Shown one piece after another: positions 19,381 to 28,029 of a stretch of DNA of 64,000 nucleotides. Each line of letters opens with the position of its first letter. The first letter of the stretch is position 1. The notes under the pieces are model-generated. The model was not told where the DNA came from and ran no database searches. It was given only the letters and a program-made list of their open reading frames with translations. Both the position numbers and the translations under genes were made by a program. Source of the stretch: an uncultured Alphaproteobacteria bacterium (GTDB lineage: Bacteria > Pseudomonadota > Alphaproteobacteria > HIMB59 > GCA-002718135); contig CACKIH010000002.1 of NCBI GenBank assembly GCA_902600225.1, positions 13,743 to 77,742 of the forward strand, read 5' to 3'.

Positions 19381-22023
19381 TTATGCGGCTTCTGAAATTA
19401 TTTCATTTAATACGTAATTTAAAATTCCTCCTGCTTTGTAATATTCAAGTTCTTTATTTGTATCTATTCTGCACTTTAATTTTATATTTTTAATTTCTTT
19501 TGAATTTATTTCACAACTAAGTAAGATTGCTGGTTTTAAATCAGACAAACCAGATATGGATATAAGTTCTTCACCTTCAATATTGAGATTTATTCTGTTT
19601 TCATTATTCATAAATTCCAAAGGCAAAACACCCATTCCAATTAAATTAGATCTGTGAATCCTCTCAAAGCTTTCAGCAATAACTGCTCTAACTCCTAAAA
19701 GTCTTGTTCCTTTTGCAGCCCAATCTCTTGATGAGCCTGTACCATATTCTTTTCCAGCAATTATTACAGTATCAATATTGCTTTTTATATATTCTTGAGC
19801 AGCATCATAAATTGACATTTGTTTGTTAGAGAGAAAAGATTTCGTGTACCCTCCTTCTACATTGTCTAAGATCTGATTCTTGATTCTTATATTTGCAAAG
19901 GTACCCCTCATCATAATTTCATGATTACCTCTTCTAGATCCATAAGAATTAAAGTTTCTAGAATTAATCTGTCTGTCTGTTAAATAGAGGCCTGCGGGAC
20001 TATCTACTTTAATATTTCCTGCAGGTGAAATATGGTCAGTTGTAACGCTATCACCAAGTAATGCTAATATTCTTGCATTTTTTATATCTCTTAGTTCAAA
20101 TTTATTTTTTATATCAAAAAAAGGTGGGTGCTTTATGTAAGTACTAGTATCGTTCCAATCATACGTAGTATTTTTAGAATTGTTAATAGATTTCCAGTTG
20201 TCATCTCCTTTGTAAATTTCTTTGTATCTTTCTTTAAACATCTCTGGAGTTAAACACAAACTAAGTGTCTCGTTAATTTCTTTATTTGATGGCCATAAGT
20301 CTTTTAGATATATTTTTTTTCCAGATTTAGATTTACCTATAGAGTCAGTTGTGAGGTTAACATTAATATTTCCCGCAATAGCATAAGCGACAACAAGAGG
20401 GGGTGAGGCAAGAAAATTCGCTTTCACTTCTTGATGAACTCTACCCTCGAAGTTTCTATTTCCAGATAAAACTGAACAAACAGTTAAATTATTTTTTTTG
20501 ATTTCATTAGACACCCATTCATCTAAGGGACCAGAATTGCCAATACAGGTTGTACATCCATAGCCAACGGTATTGAAACCTAAAAAATCAAGATATTCTG
20601 TTAATCCAGCCTTATCAAGATAGTCACTAACAACTTTACTACCTGGTGCTAAACTTGTCTTAACCCAAGGTTTTACTTCTAAATCTAAATCGATTGCCTT
20701 TTTAGCAACTAATCCTGCTGCGATCATAACATTGGGATTAGATGTATTTGTACAACTAGTAATAGCTGCTATTACAACATCACCAGTATTTAATTTGTTT
20801 ATATTTGAAATTTTTTTATTATCCATCTTACTAAATTCATTTGGTACTTCTTTTAAAAGAATTTTGTCTTGAGGTCTTTTGGGGCCTGCGAGAGTAGGTT
20901 CGACTGTTTCTAAATCTAATAATATTTTGTCAGAAAAATCTGGTGAATAATTATCATCTGCCCAAAGTGTTTGTTTTTTTGAATATTCTTCAACAATATT
21001 TAAGTGCTCACTTCTTTTGCCAGTTAATTTAAGATAATTAATTGTTTCTTCATCTGTTGGAAAAAATCCACAAGTTGCACCGTACTCTGGAGCCATGTTG
21101 GAAATTGTTGCTCTGTCAGCTAATGATAAATTGTTTAACCCTTTTCCATAAAATTCTACAAACTTTCCAACAACACCCTTGTCTCTAAGTATTTTAGTAA
21201 TAGATAAAACTAAATCAGTTGCTGTTATACCTTCCTTCAAGTTTCCTTTTAGTTCAAAACCAATAACTTCAGGAATATTCATGGAAATTGCTTGGCCTAA
21301 CATAGCAGCTTCAGCCTCTATTCCCCCAACTCCCCAGCCTAAAACAGAAAGCGAGTTTACCATTGTTGTATGGCTATCTGTTCCCACAACTGAATCTGGA
21401 AATAAATAATTTTGATTATTAATTTCTTTCATCCAGATGGTCTTTGCTATGTTTTCTAAATTTACTTGATGACAAATTCCTGCCCCTGGCGGCACAAGAT
21501 AAAAATTATCGAACGAACTTTGTCCCCATTTAAGAAATTCATATCTTTCTTTATTTCTATCAAATTCTTTTCTAACATTTTCTTTAAGTGAATTTTTATC
21601 CTTATAGTTATCTACCATAACAGAGTGATCAATAACCAGATCAACTCTAGATAATGGATTTATTTTTTTTGGTTCAATTCCTCTTGATTTTAATGCATTT
21701 CGCATTGCAGCAAGGTCGGCAACTGCTGGAACTCCAGTAAAATCCTGCATTAAAACTCTAGTCGGAAAAAAAGCTATTTCAATTTTTTCTCCCTTTTTAT
21801 TAATTTCTTTTAAAGAATTGAAAACTTTTGAGATCATATCTTTATTGATATTCTCGCCATCTTCGTTTCTAAGTAGATTTTCAATTATTATTTTTATAGA
21901 AATTGGTATTTTACTTAATTCGGTATCAAAATATTCAGCTGCTTTATTTAAATTAAAATATTTGAACTTTTGATCATTTATTTCAATTGTATCTTCTGAA
22001 TTGAAAGAATTTGTATTTTTCAT
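19381..22023 (-). CDS. acnA: Aconitate hydratase A
   Basis: An 880-aa protein with the Fe-S ligand regions GTDSHT, ITSCTNTSNP and CTTCIGNSG. Confidence 0.97.
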   Translation of the reverse strand: MKNTNSFNSEDTIEINDQKFKYFNLNKAAEYFDTELSKIPISIKIIIENLLRNEDGENINKDMISKVFNSLKEINKKGEKIEIAFFPTRVLMQDFTGVPAVADLAAMRNALKSRGIEPKKINPLSRVDLVIDHSVMVDNYKDKNSLKENVRKEFDRNKERYEFLKWGQSSFDNFYLVPPGAGICHQVNLENIAKTIWMKEINNQNYLFPDSVVGTDSHTTMVNSLSVLGWGVGGIEAEAAMLGQAISMNIPEVIGFELKGNLKEGITATDLVLSITKILRDKGVVGKFVEFYGKGLNNLSLADRATISNMAPEYGATCGFFPTDEETINYLKLTGKRSEHLNIVEEYSKKQTLWADDNYSPDFSDKILLDLETVEPTLAGPKRPQDKILLKEVPNEFSKMDNKKISNINKLNTGDVVIAAITSCTNTSNPNVMIAAGLVAKKAIDLDLEVKPWVKTSLAPGSKVVSDYLDKAGLTEYLDFLGFNTVGYGCTTCIGNSGPLDEWVSNEIKKNNLTVCSVLSGNRNFEGRVHQEVKANFLASPPLVVAYAIAGNINVNLTTDSIGKSKSGKKIYLKDLWPSNKEINETLSLCLTPEMFKERYKEIYKGDDNWKSINNSKNTTYDWNDTSTYIKHPPFFDIKNKFELRDIKNARILALLGDSVTTDHISPAGNIKVDSPAGLYLTDRQINSRNFNSYGSRRGNHEIMMRGTFANIRIKNQILDNVEGGYTKSFLSNKQMSIYDAAQEYIKSNIDTVIIAGKEYGTGSSRDWAAKGTRLLGVRAVIAESFERIHRSNLIGMGVLPLEFMNNENRINLNIEGEELISISGLSDLKPAILLSCEINSKEIKNIKLKCRIDTNKELEYYKAGGILNYVLNEIISEAA

Positions 22024-22228
22024 GCTAAAGTTGATAAATAATTATAATAATTAAATAGTATGAAGATAAATTTTTGTATAGCAAAATGTTTATTTATTAT
22101 CAGTTTTCTGCGAAAAAATAAAAAAGTAAGTTAATTTTTTTTATATTAAGTTTTTTAAAATAATAATTTAAATCTATAATAAGATTAATCTAATAATATT
22201 GCTATATTGTTGACTTTAATCGTAAGTT

Positions 22229-22257
22229 TTGGGAATAAACTCTTAGCCTTTTATAAT
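22229..22257 (+). promoter_or_regulatory. Putative sigma-70 promoter (TTGGGA-17 nt-TATAAT) for the lysine-rich gene
   Basis: The -35 element ttggga lies at 22229-22234, followed by a 17-nt spacer and a perfect -10 tataat at 22252-22257. An AAGGAG RBS sits 7 nt before the ATG at 22319. Confidence 0.4.
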
Positions 22258-22318
22258 TATCACTTAGGTGATAATGGAGGGAGGTTCCTCCGGGGTAACA
22301 AAATACAAGGAGTATTTT

Positions 22319-22495
22319 ATGGCTAAGAAGAAAAAGAAAGCTGCTCCAAAGAAAAAGAAAAAAGCAGCTCCTAAGAAAAAGAAAAAAGCAGCTCCTAAAA
22401 AGAAAAAGAAAAAAGCTGCTCCTAAGAAAAAGAAAAAAGCAGCTCCTAAAAAGAAAAAGAAAAAAGCTGCTAAAAAGAAGAAGAAAAGAAGATAG
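22319..22495 (+). CDS. Lysine-rich (AAPKKKKK)n repeat protein, histone H1-like / polycationic, 58 aa
   Basis: Translates as MAKKKKKAAPKKKKKAAPKKKKKAAPKKKKKKAAPKKKKKAAPKKKKKKAAKKKKKRR. A strong AAGGAG RBS precedes it and two hairpin terminators follow it. The track ORF (22268) carries an in-frame 5' extension that I consider less likely. Confidence 0.7.
   Translation: MAKKKKKAAPKKKKKAAPKKKKKAAPKKKKKKAAPKKKKKAAPKKKKKKAAKKKKKRR
22340..22465 (+). repeat. In-frame tandem repeat: 24/27-nt units, including a 51-nt unit duplicated at 50/51 identity
   Basis: Segments 22364-22414 and 22415-22465 differ only at one position (gca vs gct). A related 24-nt unit lies at 22340-22363. Confidence 0.9.
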
Positions 22496-22514
22496 TAATA
22501 CTTCAATTTTTCAG

Positions 22515-22542
22515 GAAAACTTTAATTTAAAGTTTTCTTTTT
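22515..22542 (+). terminator. AT-rich hairpin + T-run (weak intrinsic terminator)
   Basis: The 9-bp stem is gaaaacttt/aaagttttc with a 5-nt loop, followed by ttttt. Confidence 0.45.
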
Positions 22543-22562
22543 CTTATCTTTTTCAAAAAGAT

Positions 22563-22589
22563 AAAACGGGGTTCTGCCCCGTTTTTTTT
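22563..22589 (+). terminator. Rho-independent terminator
   Basis: The sequence aaaacgggg-ttctg-ccccgtttttttt has a GC stem flanked by an A-run and a T8 run, so it may act bidirectionally. Confidence 0.8.
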
Positions 22590-22624
22590 ATTGTTTTAAA
22601 TCAAAAAGTGATTAGATCAAAATA

Positions 22625-23230
22625 ATGCTAATTGTTAAGGATTTATCAGTAGAAAGAATAAATAAAAAAATATTTGAAAATATTAATTTATCACTTACGC
22701 CAGGTAATATTACTATCTTAAAAGGTAAAAATGGTTCTGGCAAAACCACTTTGCTAAAAACAATGTTAAATATAATAGAGCCATCTGCTGGATCAATATT
22801 TTGGAAAGGGAAATTATTGAAAAGAAATTTTTATGATTTCTATAATCATACTACATACATAGCTGATACAACATCAAGCTTAAAAAAGTTAACTGTAAAA
22901 GATAATGTTAATATTTGGAGAAAATTTTTTATATCCAATATTAATGATGCTCAAATTGAAATGGCGTTAAAAACCTTAAAATTAGATAATTATTTGAATA
23001 AAAAAGTTGCAACATTATCTTTTGGTGAAACTAAAAAATTAGAATTTTTAAGATTAATAATAGAAAACAAAAAAGTTTGGATTTTAGATGAACCTCTTTC
23101 TAATTTAGATGAAGATTCTATTGAACTAATGAAACAAACTTTTGAAGATCATTCCTCAAAAGAAGGATCTATAATTTTTAGCTCACATCAAAATCCAGGT
23201 ATTTATGTGACAGAAGAAATTGAGCTATAA
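22625..23230 (+). CDS. ccmA: Heme exporter ATP-binding protein CcmA
   Basis: Contains Walker A GKNGSGKTTLLK, the signature LSFGETKK and Walker B ILDEP. It is the first gene of the ccm operon. Confidence 0.85.
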   Translation: MLIVKDLSVERINKKIFENINLSLTPGNITILKGKNGSGKTTLLKTMLNIIEPSAGSIFWKGKLLKRNFYDFYNHTTYIADTTSSLKKLTVKDNVNIWRKFFISNINDAQIEMALKTLKLDNYLNKKVATLSFGETKKLEFLRLIIENKKVWILDEPLSNLDEDSIELMKQTFEDHSSKEGSIIFSSHQNPGIYVTEEIEL

Positions 23231-23906
23231 AATAATGAATTTTTTAAATAAAATAATTTTCTTTTATTACAGAGAATACAAATTAAATATGAGTGGTGCT
23301 CAAGATATTTTAACAAATATCATTTTCTTTTTCGTATCAATATTTATTTTTATTTTCTCTATTGGACCAGATAAACAAACAATTTCTATAATAGGGGTTG
23401 GTATATTGTGGACATTATTATTACTAAGCTCAACTTTATCTTTAAGGAAATTTTATCAAGATGACTTTGAGAATGGCAATTTAATTATAATGCATTTAAA
23501 TGGTTTAAGTTTTGGTTTTATCGCTATTTTAAAAACTTTTTCACATTTTATTTTTGTACAGATACCCTTTTTATTATCGATACCGATTGCATGTATCTTA
23601 CTAAATATTGCGAACGATAAACTCTTCTACTTATTTGCTAGTTTTGGCATTGGATCACTTATTCTGTCCTGTTTAGGTTCAATTTCATCTTCAATGAACT
23701 TAATGAATCAACGAAACTTTCTACTGGGAAGTGTCATAATTATGATATTTAGTGTTCCAATAATTATTTTTTCAGTAGGTATTATTAATATGGAAGAAAG
23801 CTTTAATTCTCTTATAAACATATTATTTGGAATATTATTAATAGTTTTTGCGATAAATCCCTGGGCAAGTGGGTTGTGTCTTAAACTTTCATTAGAAAAT
23901 AATTAA
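23220..23906 (+). CDS. ccmB: Heme exporter membrane protein CcmB
   Basis: A 6-TM protein positioned between ccmA and ccmC. The start is uncertain: TTG at 23220 or ATG at 23235. Confidence 0.85.
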   Translation: MSYKIMNFLNKIIFFYYREYKLNMSGAQDILTNIIFFFVSIFIFIFSIGPDKQTISIIGVGILWTLLLLSSTLSLRKFYQDDFENGNLIIMHLNGLSFGFIAILKTFSHFIFVQIPFLLSIPIACILLNIANDKLFYLFASFGIGSLILSCLGSISSSMNLMNQRNFLLGSVIIMIFSVPIIIFSVGIINMEESFNSLINILFGILLIVFAINPWASGLCLKLSLENN

Positions 23907-23907
23907 T

Positions 23908-24606
23908 ATGAAATTCTTAGTTAATCCTAGTAAATTTAATGAGATGGCTGATTATATATTTAAACCAGTACTAATCTTATCTATCATATTGTTTGCAATA
24001 GGATTATTGTTTTCTTTTTATCTATCACCAGATGATTATCAACAAGGATCAAGTGTAAGAATAATGTATGTACATGTTCCGAGTGCGTGGTTAGCTTTGC
24101 TAACTTATGCAATAATGACTCTTTATAGTATTATGGCACTTGCTTTTAGAATACCCTTTGGTTTTATTTTTAATACAGCAGTAGCACCAATAGGAGCAGT
24201 TTTTACGTTAATATGTATAATAAGTGGATCTTTATGGGGAAAGCCAATGTGGGGCACCTGGTGGGTGTGGGATGCACGGTTAACTTCTGTTGCAATACTT
24301 TTTATTATTTATCTAATTATTATTTTTATGAATTTATCTTTTGAAAATAGGATTGTAAGAGAAAAGGTTGTTGCTATATTTGTTCTTGTTGGATCAGTAA
24401 ACCTACCAATAGTTAAATTTTCTGTGGATTGGTGGAATACACTACATCAACCAGCAACAATAAGTAAATTATCAAAACCCAGTATTGATCCTTCAATGAT
24501 GACACCTTTAATTATCATGACATTTGCATTTATAATGATTGGAATAGCAATAGCCATTTTGAGAATAAAAACAGAGATAATTTCAAGAAAATCTTATTTA
24601 AGTTAA
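23908..24606 (+). CDS. ccmC: Heme exporter protein CcmC
   Basis: Contains the WGKPMWGTWWVWDARLT tryptophan-rich (WWD) heme-handling motif. Confidence 0.9.
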   Translation: MKFLVNPSKFNEMADYIFKPVLILSIILFAIGLLFSFYLSPDDYQQGSSVRIMYVHVPSAWLALLTYAIMTLYSIMALAFRIPFGFIFNTAVAPIGAVFTLICIISGSLWGKPMWGTWWVWDARLTSVAILFIIYLIIIFMNLSFENRIVREKVVAIFVLVGSVNLPIVKFSVDWWNTLHQPATISKLSKPSIDPSMMTPLIIMTFAFIMIGIAIAILRIKTEIISRKSYLS

Positions 24607-24667
24607 TTTGTGACTTTTAGTCCATTGGATTAAGTATCATTCCTGAATTATTTTGTTATTAGACAAT

Positions 24668-24772
24668 ATGTATTTTTGGTATATTTTAGGATCTTATATC
24701 TTTGCCTTTCTTTTAATTTTTTTGTTATTATTTTTTAGTTACTTAAAACTTAGAAGAATAAAAAATAAATGA
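24668..24772 (+). CDS. ccmD: Heme exporter protein CcmD (34 aa), not in ORF track
   Basis: Hand-translated as MYFWYILGSYIFAFLLIFLLLFFSYLKLRRIKNK. It has a single TM followed by a basic tail, sits in the canonical position, and makes an ATGA overlap with the ccmE start. Confidence 0.55.
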   Translation: MYFWYILGSYIFAFLLIFLLLFFSYLKLRRIKNK

Positions 24773-25209
24773 GTCTACGATTTCAAAGATTGCTATTTAT
24801 ATTGCTTACTTTGGTAATTATACTGAGTGCAGTCCTACTTATTTTATATAATACAAGAGAAAATGTGTCGTATTTTTATACACCATCTGAAATTGATAAA
24901 TCAGAAATCATAATAAATAAAATAATAAGAATAGGCGGTTTTGTTGAAAATAATAGTTTTAATAAAATTTCTTCAAGTTCATTTAAATTTAAAATTACTG
25001 ATGAAAAAACATCTATACTCGTTACTTTCAAAGGTATTCTTCCTGATTTATTTAGAGAAGGGCAGGGTGCAGTAATAGAGGGTGCTTTTGTTGATAAAAA
25101 TATTTTTAATGCAACCAATGTTTTTGCTAAACATGATGAAAATTATATGCCAGCATCAATAAAAGAAGATCTGAAAGATACGGGTTATTGGAATAAAAAA
25201 TATAAATGA
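24769..25209 (+). CDS. ccmE: Cytochrome c-type biogenesis heme chaperone CcmE
   Basis: Has an N-terminal TM anchor, an OB fold, and the heme-binding His motif AKHDENYMP. Confidence 0.9.
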   Translation: MSLRFQRLLFILLTLVIILSAVLLILYNTRENVSYFYTPSEIDKSEIIINKIIRIGGFVENNSFNKISSSSFKFKITDEKTSILVTFKGILPDLFREGQGAVIEGAFVDKNIFNATNVFAKHDENYMPASIKEDLKDTGYWNKKYK

Positions 25210-27068
25210 GTTCATTAGTTGGTTTTTTAAGCTTAGTTTTTGCGATAGGTATTAATTTTTACTTATTTTTATCTAGATACATATTTAAATTTCAAAAACA
25301 GAAATTTAATTTATTCACCCGCTTTTCATCCTTATTAACTTTGTTATCTTTTTTTTCATTAATGTATGCCTATGTGGTATCTGATTTCTCAAATTATAAT
25401 GTCTTCCAAAACTCTCACTCAAATAAACCATTAATATATAAAATTTCAGGTACTTGGGGGAATCATGAGGGTTCGATGCTTTTGTGGTTAAGTATATTAT
25501 CTATTTTTAGTTTCTTTTTTTCTTTTACAAAGAATATTGATGAAAGCTTTAAAAGATTAACATTAATTATCCAATCTTTACTTCATATTTTATTTGGACT
25601 CTTTATTATCTTTACATCTAATCCGTTTCTAGTTAATTCAATTTTAGTAAATGAAGGTTTGGGTTTAAATCCAATTTTACAAGATCCAGGTTTAGCTGTT
25701 CACCCTCCAATTTTATATGGAGGTTATGTTGGCTATTCCATAGTTTTCAGTATTGCTATTGCAGGTTTATTTCAAAACACAGATGATGAATGGCTTTATG
25801 TTGCAAAGAAATGGTCATTGATTAGTTGGACTTTTTTAACTGGTGGAATAGCTCTAGGTTCGTATTGGGCATATTATGAATTAGGATGGGGTGGTTGGTG
25901 GTTTTGGGATCCGGTCGAAAATGTTTCACTGATGCCTTGGATTGCTGGACTTGCATTAGTTCATTCTCTCATGATGGTAAGAGGTGAGCAAGCTATTAAA
26001 AAGTGGATAATCTTTTTATCAATTCTATGCTTTTCATTAAGTGTTTTTGGAACATTTTTGGTAAGATCTGGAATCTTAACAAGTGTACATTCATTTGCAG
26101 CAGATGCATCCAGAGGTATATTTATATTACTAATTTTTTTTATTGTAACTGGATTTGGTTTTTTAGTTTTCTTGTTAAAAGAACCAAAAAAATCAAAAAC
26201 TTTAAACTTGTTATTTATCAATAAAGTTTCAGCACTTGTAATAAATAATATTTTAATGATTATAGCAACCTTAACTATTCTTTTAGGAACTATATACCCA
26301 ATTATAATTGAAGTTTTGTATAATAAGAGAATATCAGTTGGAGGTCCTTATTTTAATGCAACAGTAATTCCTATAATGATCCCTGGTTTTTTGTTAATGA
26401 GCATTGCGCCAATTTTATCCTGGCAAACAAATAAAATACAAAATTCAAAAAAATATGTGCTAGGTTTTATTATCTTAAGTGTTTTAGTTTTAATTCAATC
26501 ATATTTTTTAAATTTCAATACATGGGGCTTTGTTGGACTACTTTTAGGTTTTTGGATAATATTGGCCTCAATTATAGCAATTTTTTCTTCTTACAATGTT
26601 AAATTTAATATCAAGTTTTTCCAAATAATTAATCCTCATATAGCACATATTGGAGTTGGTATTGCTATAGTTGGTATCACTTGTTCTAGTGTTTTTCAAA
26701 ATGAGTTAGATTTTAATCTTAATGAGGGAGATGAATTTAATGTAAATGGAAAAAAAGTAATATTTGAGAAAATAGAAACTACTAATGAAATTAATTTTCA
26801 ATCTTTAAGAGGAAATTTTTTATTTGATATTGAAAAAAAACAATCAAAAAAAATAGAAGCTGGAAAAAATTATTATCCTGTGTCTAAGATGATTACATCT
26901 GAAGCTGGTATCTTACATCAATGGAATAGAGATATATATTTCATACTAGGAGATCAAAAAAATAATGAATGGTTTGTAAAAGTATTAATTAACCCATTTG
27001 TTAGCTTTATTTGGCTAGGAGTGGTAATAATGATTTACTCAGGCTTTATTGCAGTAACAAAAAGATGA
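25206..27068 (+). CDS. ccmF: Cytochrome c heme lyase subunit CcmF
   Basis: A 620-aa polytopic protein with the WGGWWFWDPVEN WWD motif. Confidence 0.92.
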   Translation: MSSLVGFLSLVFAIGINFYLFLSRYIFKFQKQKFNLFTRFSSLLTLLSFFSLMYAYVVSDFSNYNVFQNSHSNKPLIYKISGTWGNHEGSMLLWLSILSIFSFFFSFTKNIDESFKRLTLIIQSLLHILFGLFIIFTSNPFLVNSILVNEGLGLNPILQDPGLAVHPPILYGGYVGYSIVFSIAIAGLFQNTDDEWLYVAKKWSLISWTFLTGGIALGSYWAYYELGWGGWWFWDPVENVSLMPWIAGLALVHSLMMVRGEQAIKKWIIFLSILCFSLSVFGTFLVRSGILTSVHSFAADASRGIFILLIFFIVTGFGFLVFLLKEPKKSKTLNLLFINKVSALVINNILMIIATLTILLGTIYPIIIEVLYNKRISVGGPYFNATVIPIMIPGFLLMSIAPILSWQTNKIQNSKKYVLGFIILSVLVLIQSYFLNFNTWGFVGLLLGFWIILASIIAIFSSYNVKFNIKFFQIINPHIAHIGVGIAIVGITCSSVFQNELDFNLNEGDEFNVNGKKVIFEKIETTNEINFQSLRGNFLFDIEKKQSKKIEAGKNYYPVSKMITSEAGILHQWNRDIYFILGDQKNNEWFVKVLINPFVSFIWLGVVIMIYSGFIAVTKR

Positions 27069-27589
27069 ACAGAATAGTTGTTTTAACACCCTTAATAATA
27101 CTTTTGATAATATGTATTTTTTCGCTAACTTATTTATTAAGTGGCAAAGATCCTAACAAACCACCAAGTGCACTTTTAAACAAAGATGTTCCTAGCTTTG
27201 AAAGTAGTTCTTTGTACAATTCAAAGAAAGTAATCAAAACAAAAGATATAAAAAATAAGAAGACCTTAATTAATTTTTTTGCTTCTTGGTGTAGTCCTTG
27301 CAAGATAGAACATCCACTTTTTTTTGAAATTCGTAAAAAATATCCTCAGCTATATTTGTTGGGGTTTAACCACAAGGACCCTACATCAGATGCAATAAAG
27401 TATTTAGAAGATGATGGAAATCCATATCATTTTGTTGGTGTAGACTCTGATGGATTAATTGCGTTAGAGTTTGGAGTTTTTGGTCTACCAGAAACATACT
27501 TAATTGATGAAGATGGTAAGATTATATTTAAGTTTATGGGTCCAATAACGAAGGATATTTTAAAAAATGAAATCGAGCCACTTCTTTAG
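27065..27589 (+). CDS. ccmG: Thiol:disulfide oxidoreductase CcmG/DsbE
   Basis: Contains the thioredoxin motif WCSPC and GVFGLPETYLID. I place the start at ATG 27065 (MNRIVVL, TM anchor), which makes an ATGA overlap with the ccmF stop. The track start at 27011 lies inside ccmF. Confidence 0.85.
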   Translation: MNRIVVLTPLIILLIICIFSLTYLLSGKDPNKPPSALLNKDVPSFESSSLYNSKKVIKTKDIKNKKTLINFFASWCSPCKIEHPLFFEIRKKYPQLYLLGFNHKDPTSDAIKYLEDDGNPYHFVGVDSDGLIALEFGVFGLPETYLIDEDGKIIFKFMGPITKDILKNEIEPLL

Positions 27590-27953
27590 AATTTTACATA
27601 TAACAATCTTAAGTTTTATGTTTTTTACTTTCAAAATATATGCACTAGAAAATATCGATGAAAGAGTAAAAAATTTAACCTTAGAGTTACGTTGTATGAC
27701 TTGTCAAAACCAAAGTATTTATGACTCGGATGCTGAATTCTCAAATGATATCAAAAAAATAGTTAAACAAAAATTACAAGCAGGTGAAAGTGAAAGAGAT
27801 ATAAAGAAATTTTTAGTTGAAAGATATGGTGAATACATTCTTTTTAGACCACTTATGAATTATAATAATATTTTTCTTTGGAGTTTTCCTTTTATATTAC
27901 TAATAATTGGCGTATTTTTTGTATTAATTAAGACCAAAACAAAAAAGGCTTGA
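27567..27953 (+). CDS. ccmH: Cytochrome c-type biogenesis protein CcmH (CycL)
   Basis: Contains the LRCMTCQNQSIYDSDA motif (LRCxxC) and a C-terminal TM. Confidence 0.8.
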   Translation: MKSSHFFRILHITILSFMFFTFKIYALENIDERVKNLTLELRCMTCQNQSIYDSDAEFSNDIKKIVKQKLQAGESERDIKKFLVERYGEYILFRPLMNYNNIFLWSFPFILLIIGVFFVLIKTKTKKA

Positions 27954-28029
27954 ACAATTTATTTTGTTTTTTTTTATTTAGCTTATATGGTTTCCCTATA
28001 ATTTAGAAATACTTCTTCAAGGAGGAAAC

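Noticed and set aside
22268-22318. In-frame upstream extension of the lysine-rich ORF (GTG 22268 or ATG 22274, adding MEGGSSGVTKYKEYF).
   Set aside because: The consensus AAGGAG RBS is placed for the ATG at 22319. The predicted -10 element would put the transcription start only ~10 nt before 22274. I keep it as a less likely alternative, not excluded.
22264-22506. An 80-aa minus-strand ORF rich in Phe/Ala/Leu (FFFFLGAAFFFF...), opposite the lysine-rich gene.
   Set aside because: It is the mirror image of the AAA/AAG-GCN repeat (TTT/CTT-NGC). It has no RBS, and the promoter, RBS and terminator signals all sit on the plus strand. I treat it as a shadow ORF.
27011-27064. The long N-terminal extension of ccmG given by the ORF track (start 27011 inside ccmF).
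   Set aside because: The extension (MARSGNNDLLRLYCSNKK) lies inside the ccmF coding sequence. The ATG at 27065 gives the expected TM-anchored N-terminus and an ATGA overlap with the ccmF stop.
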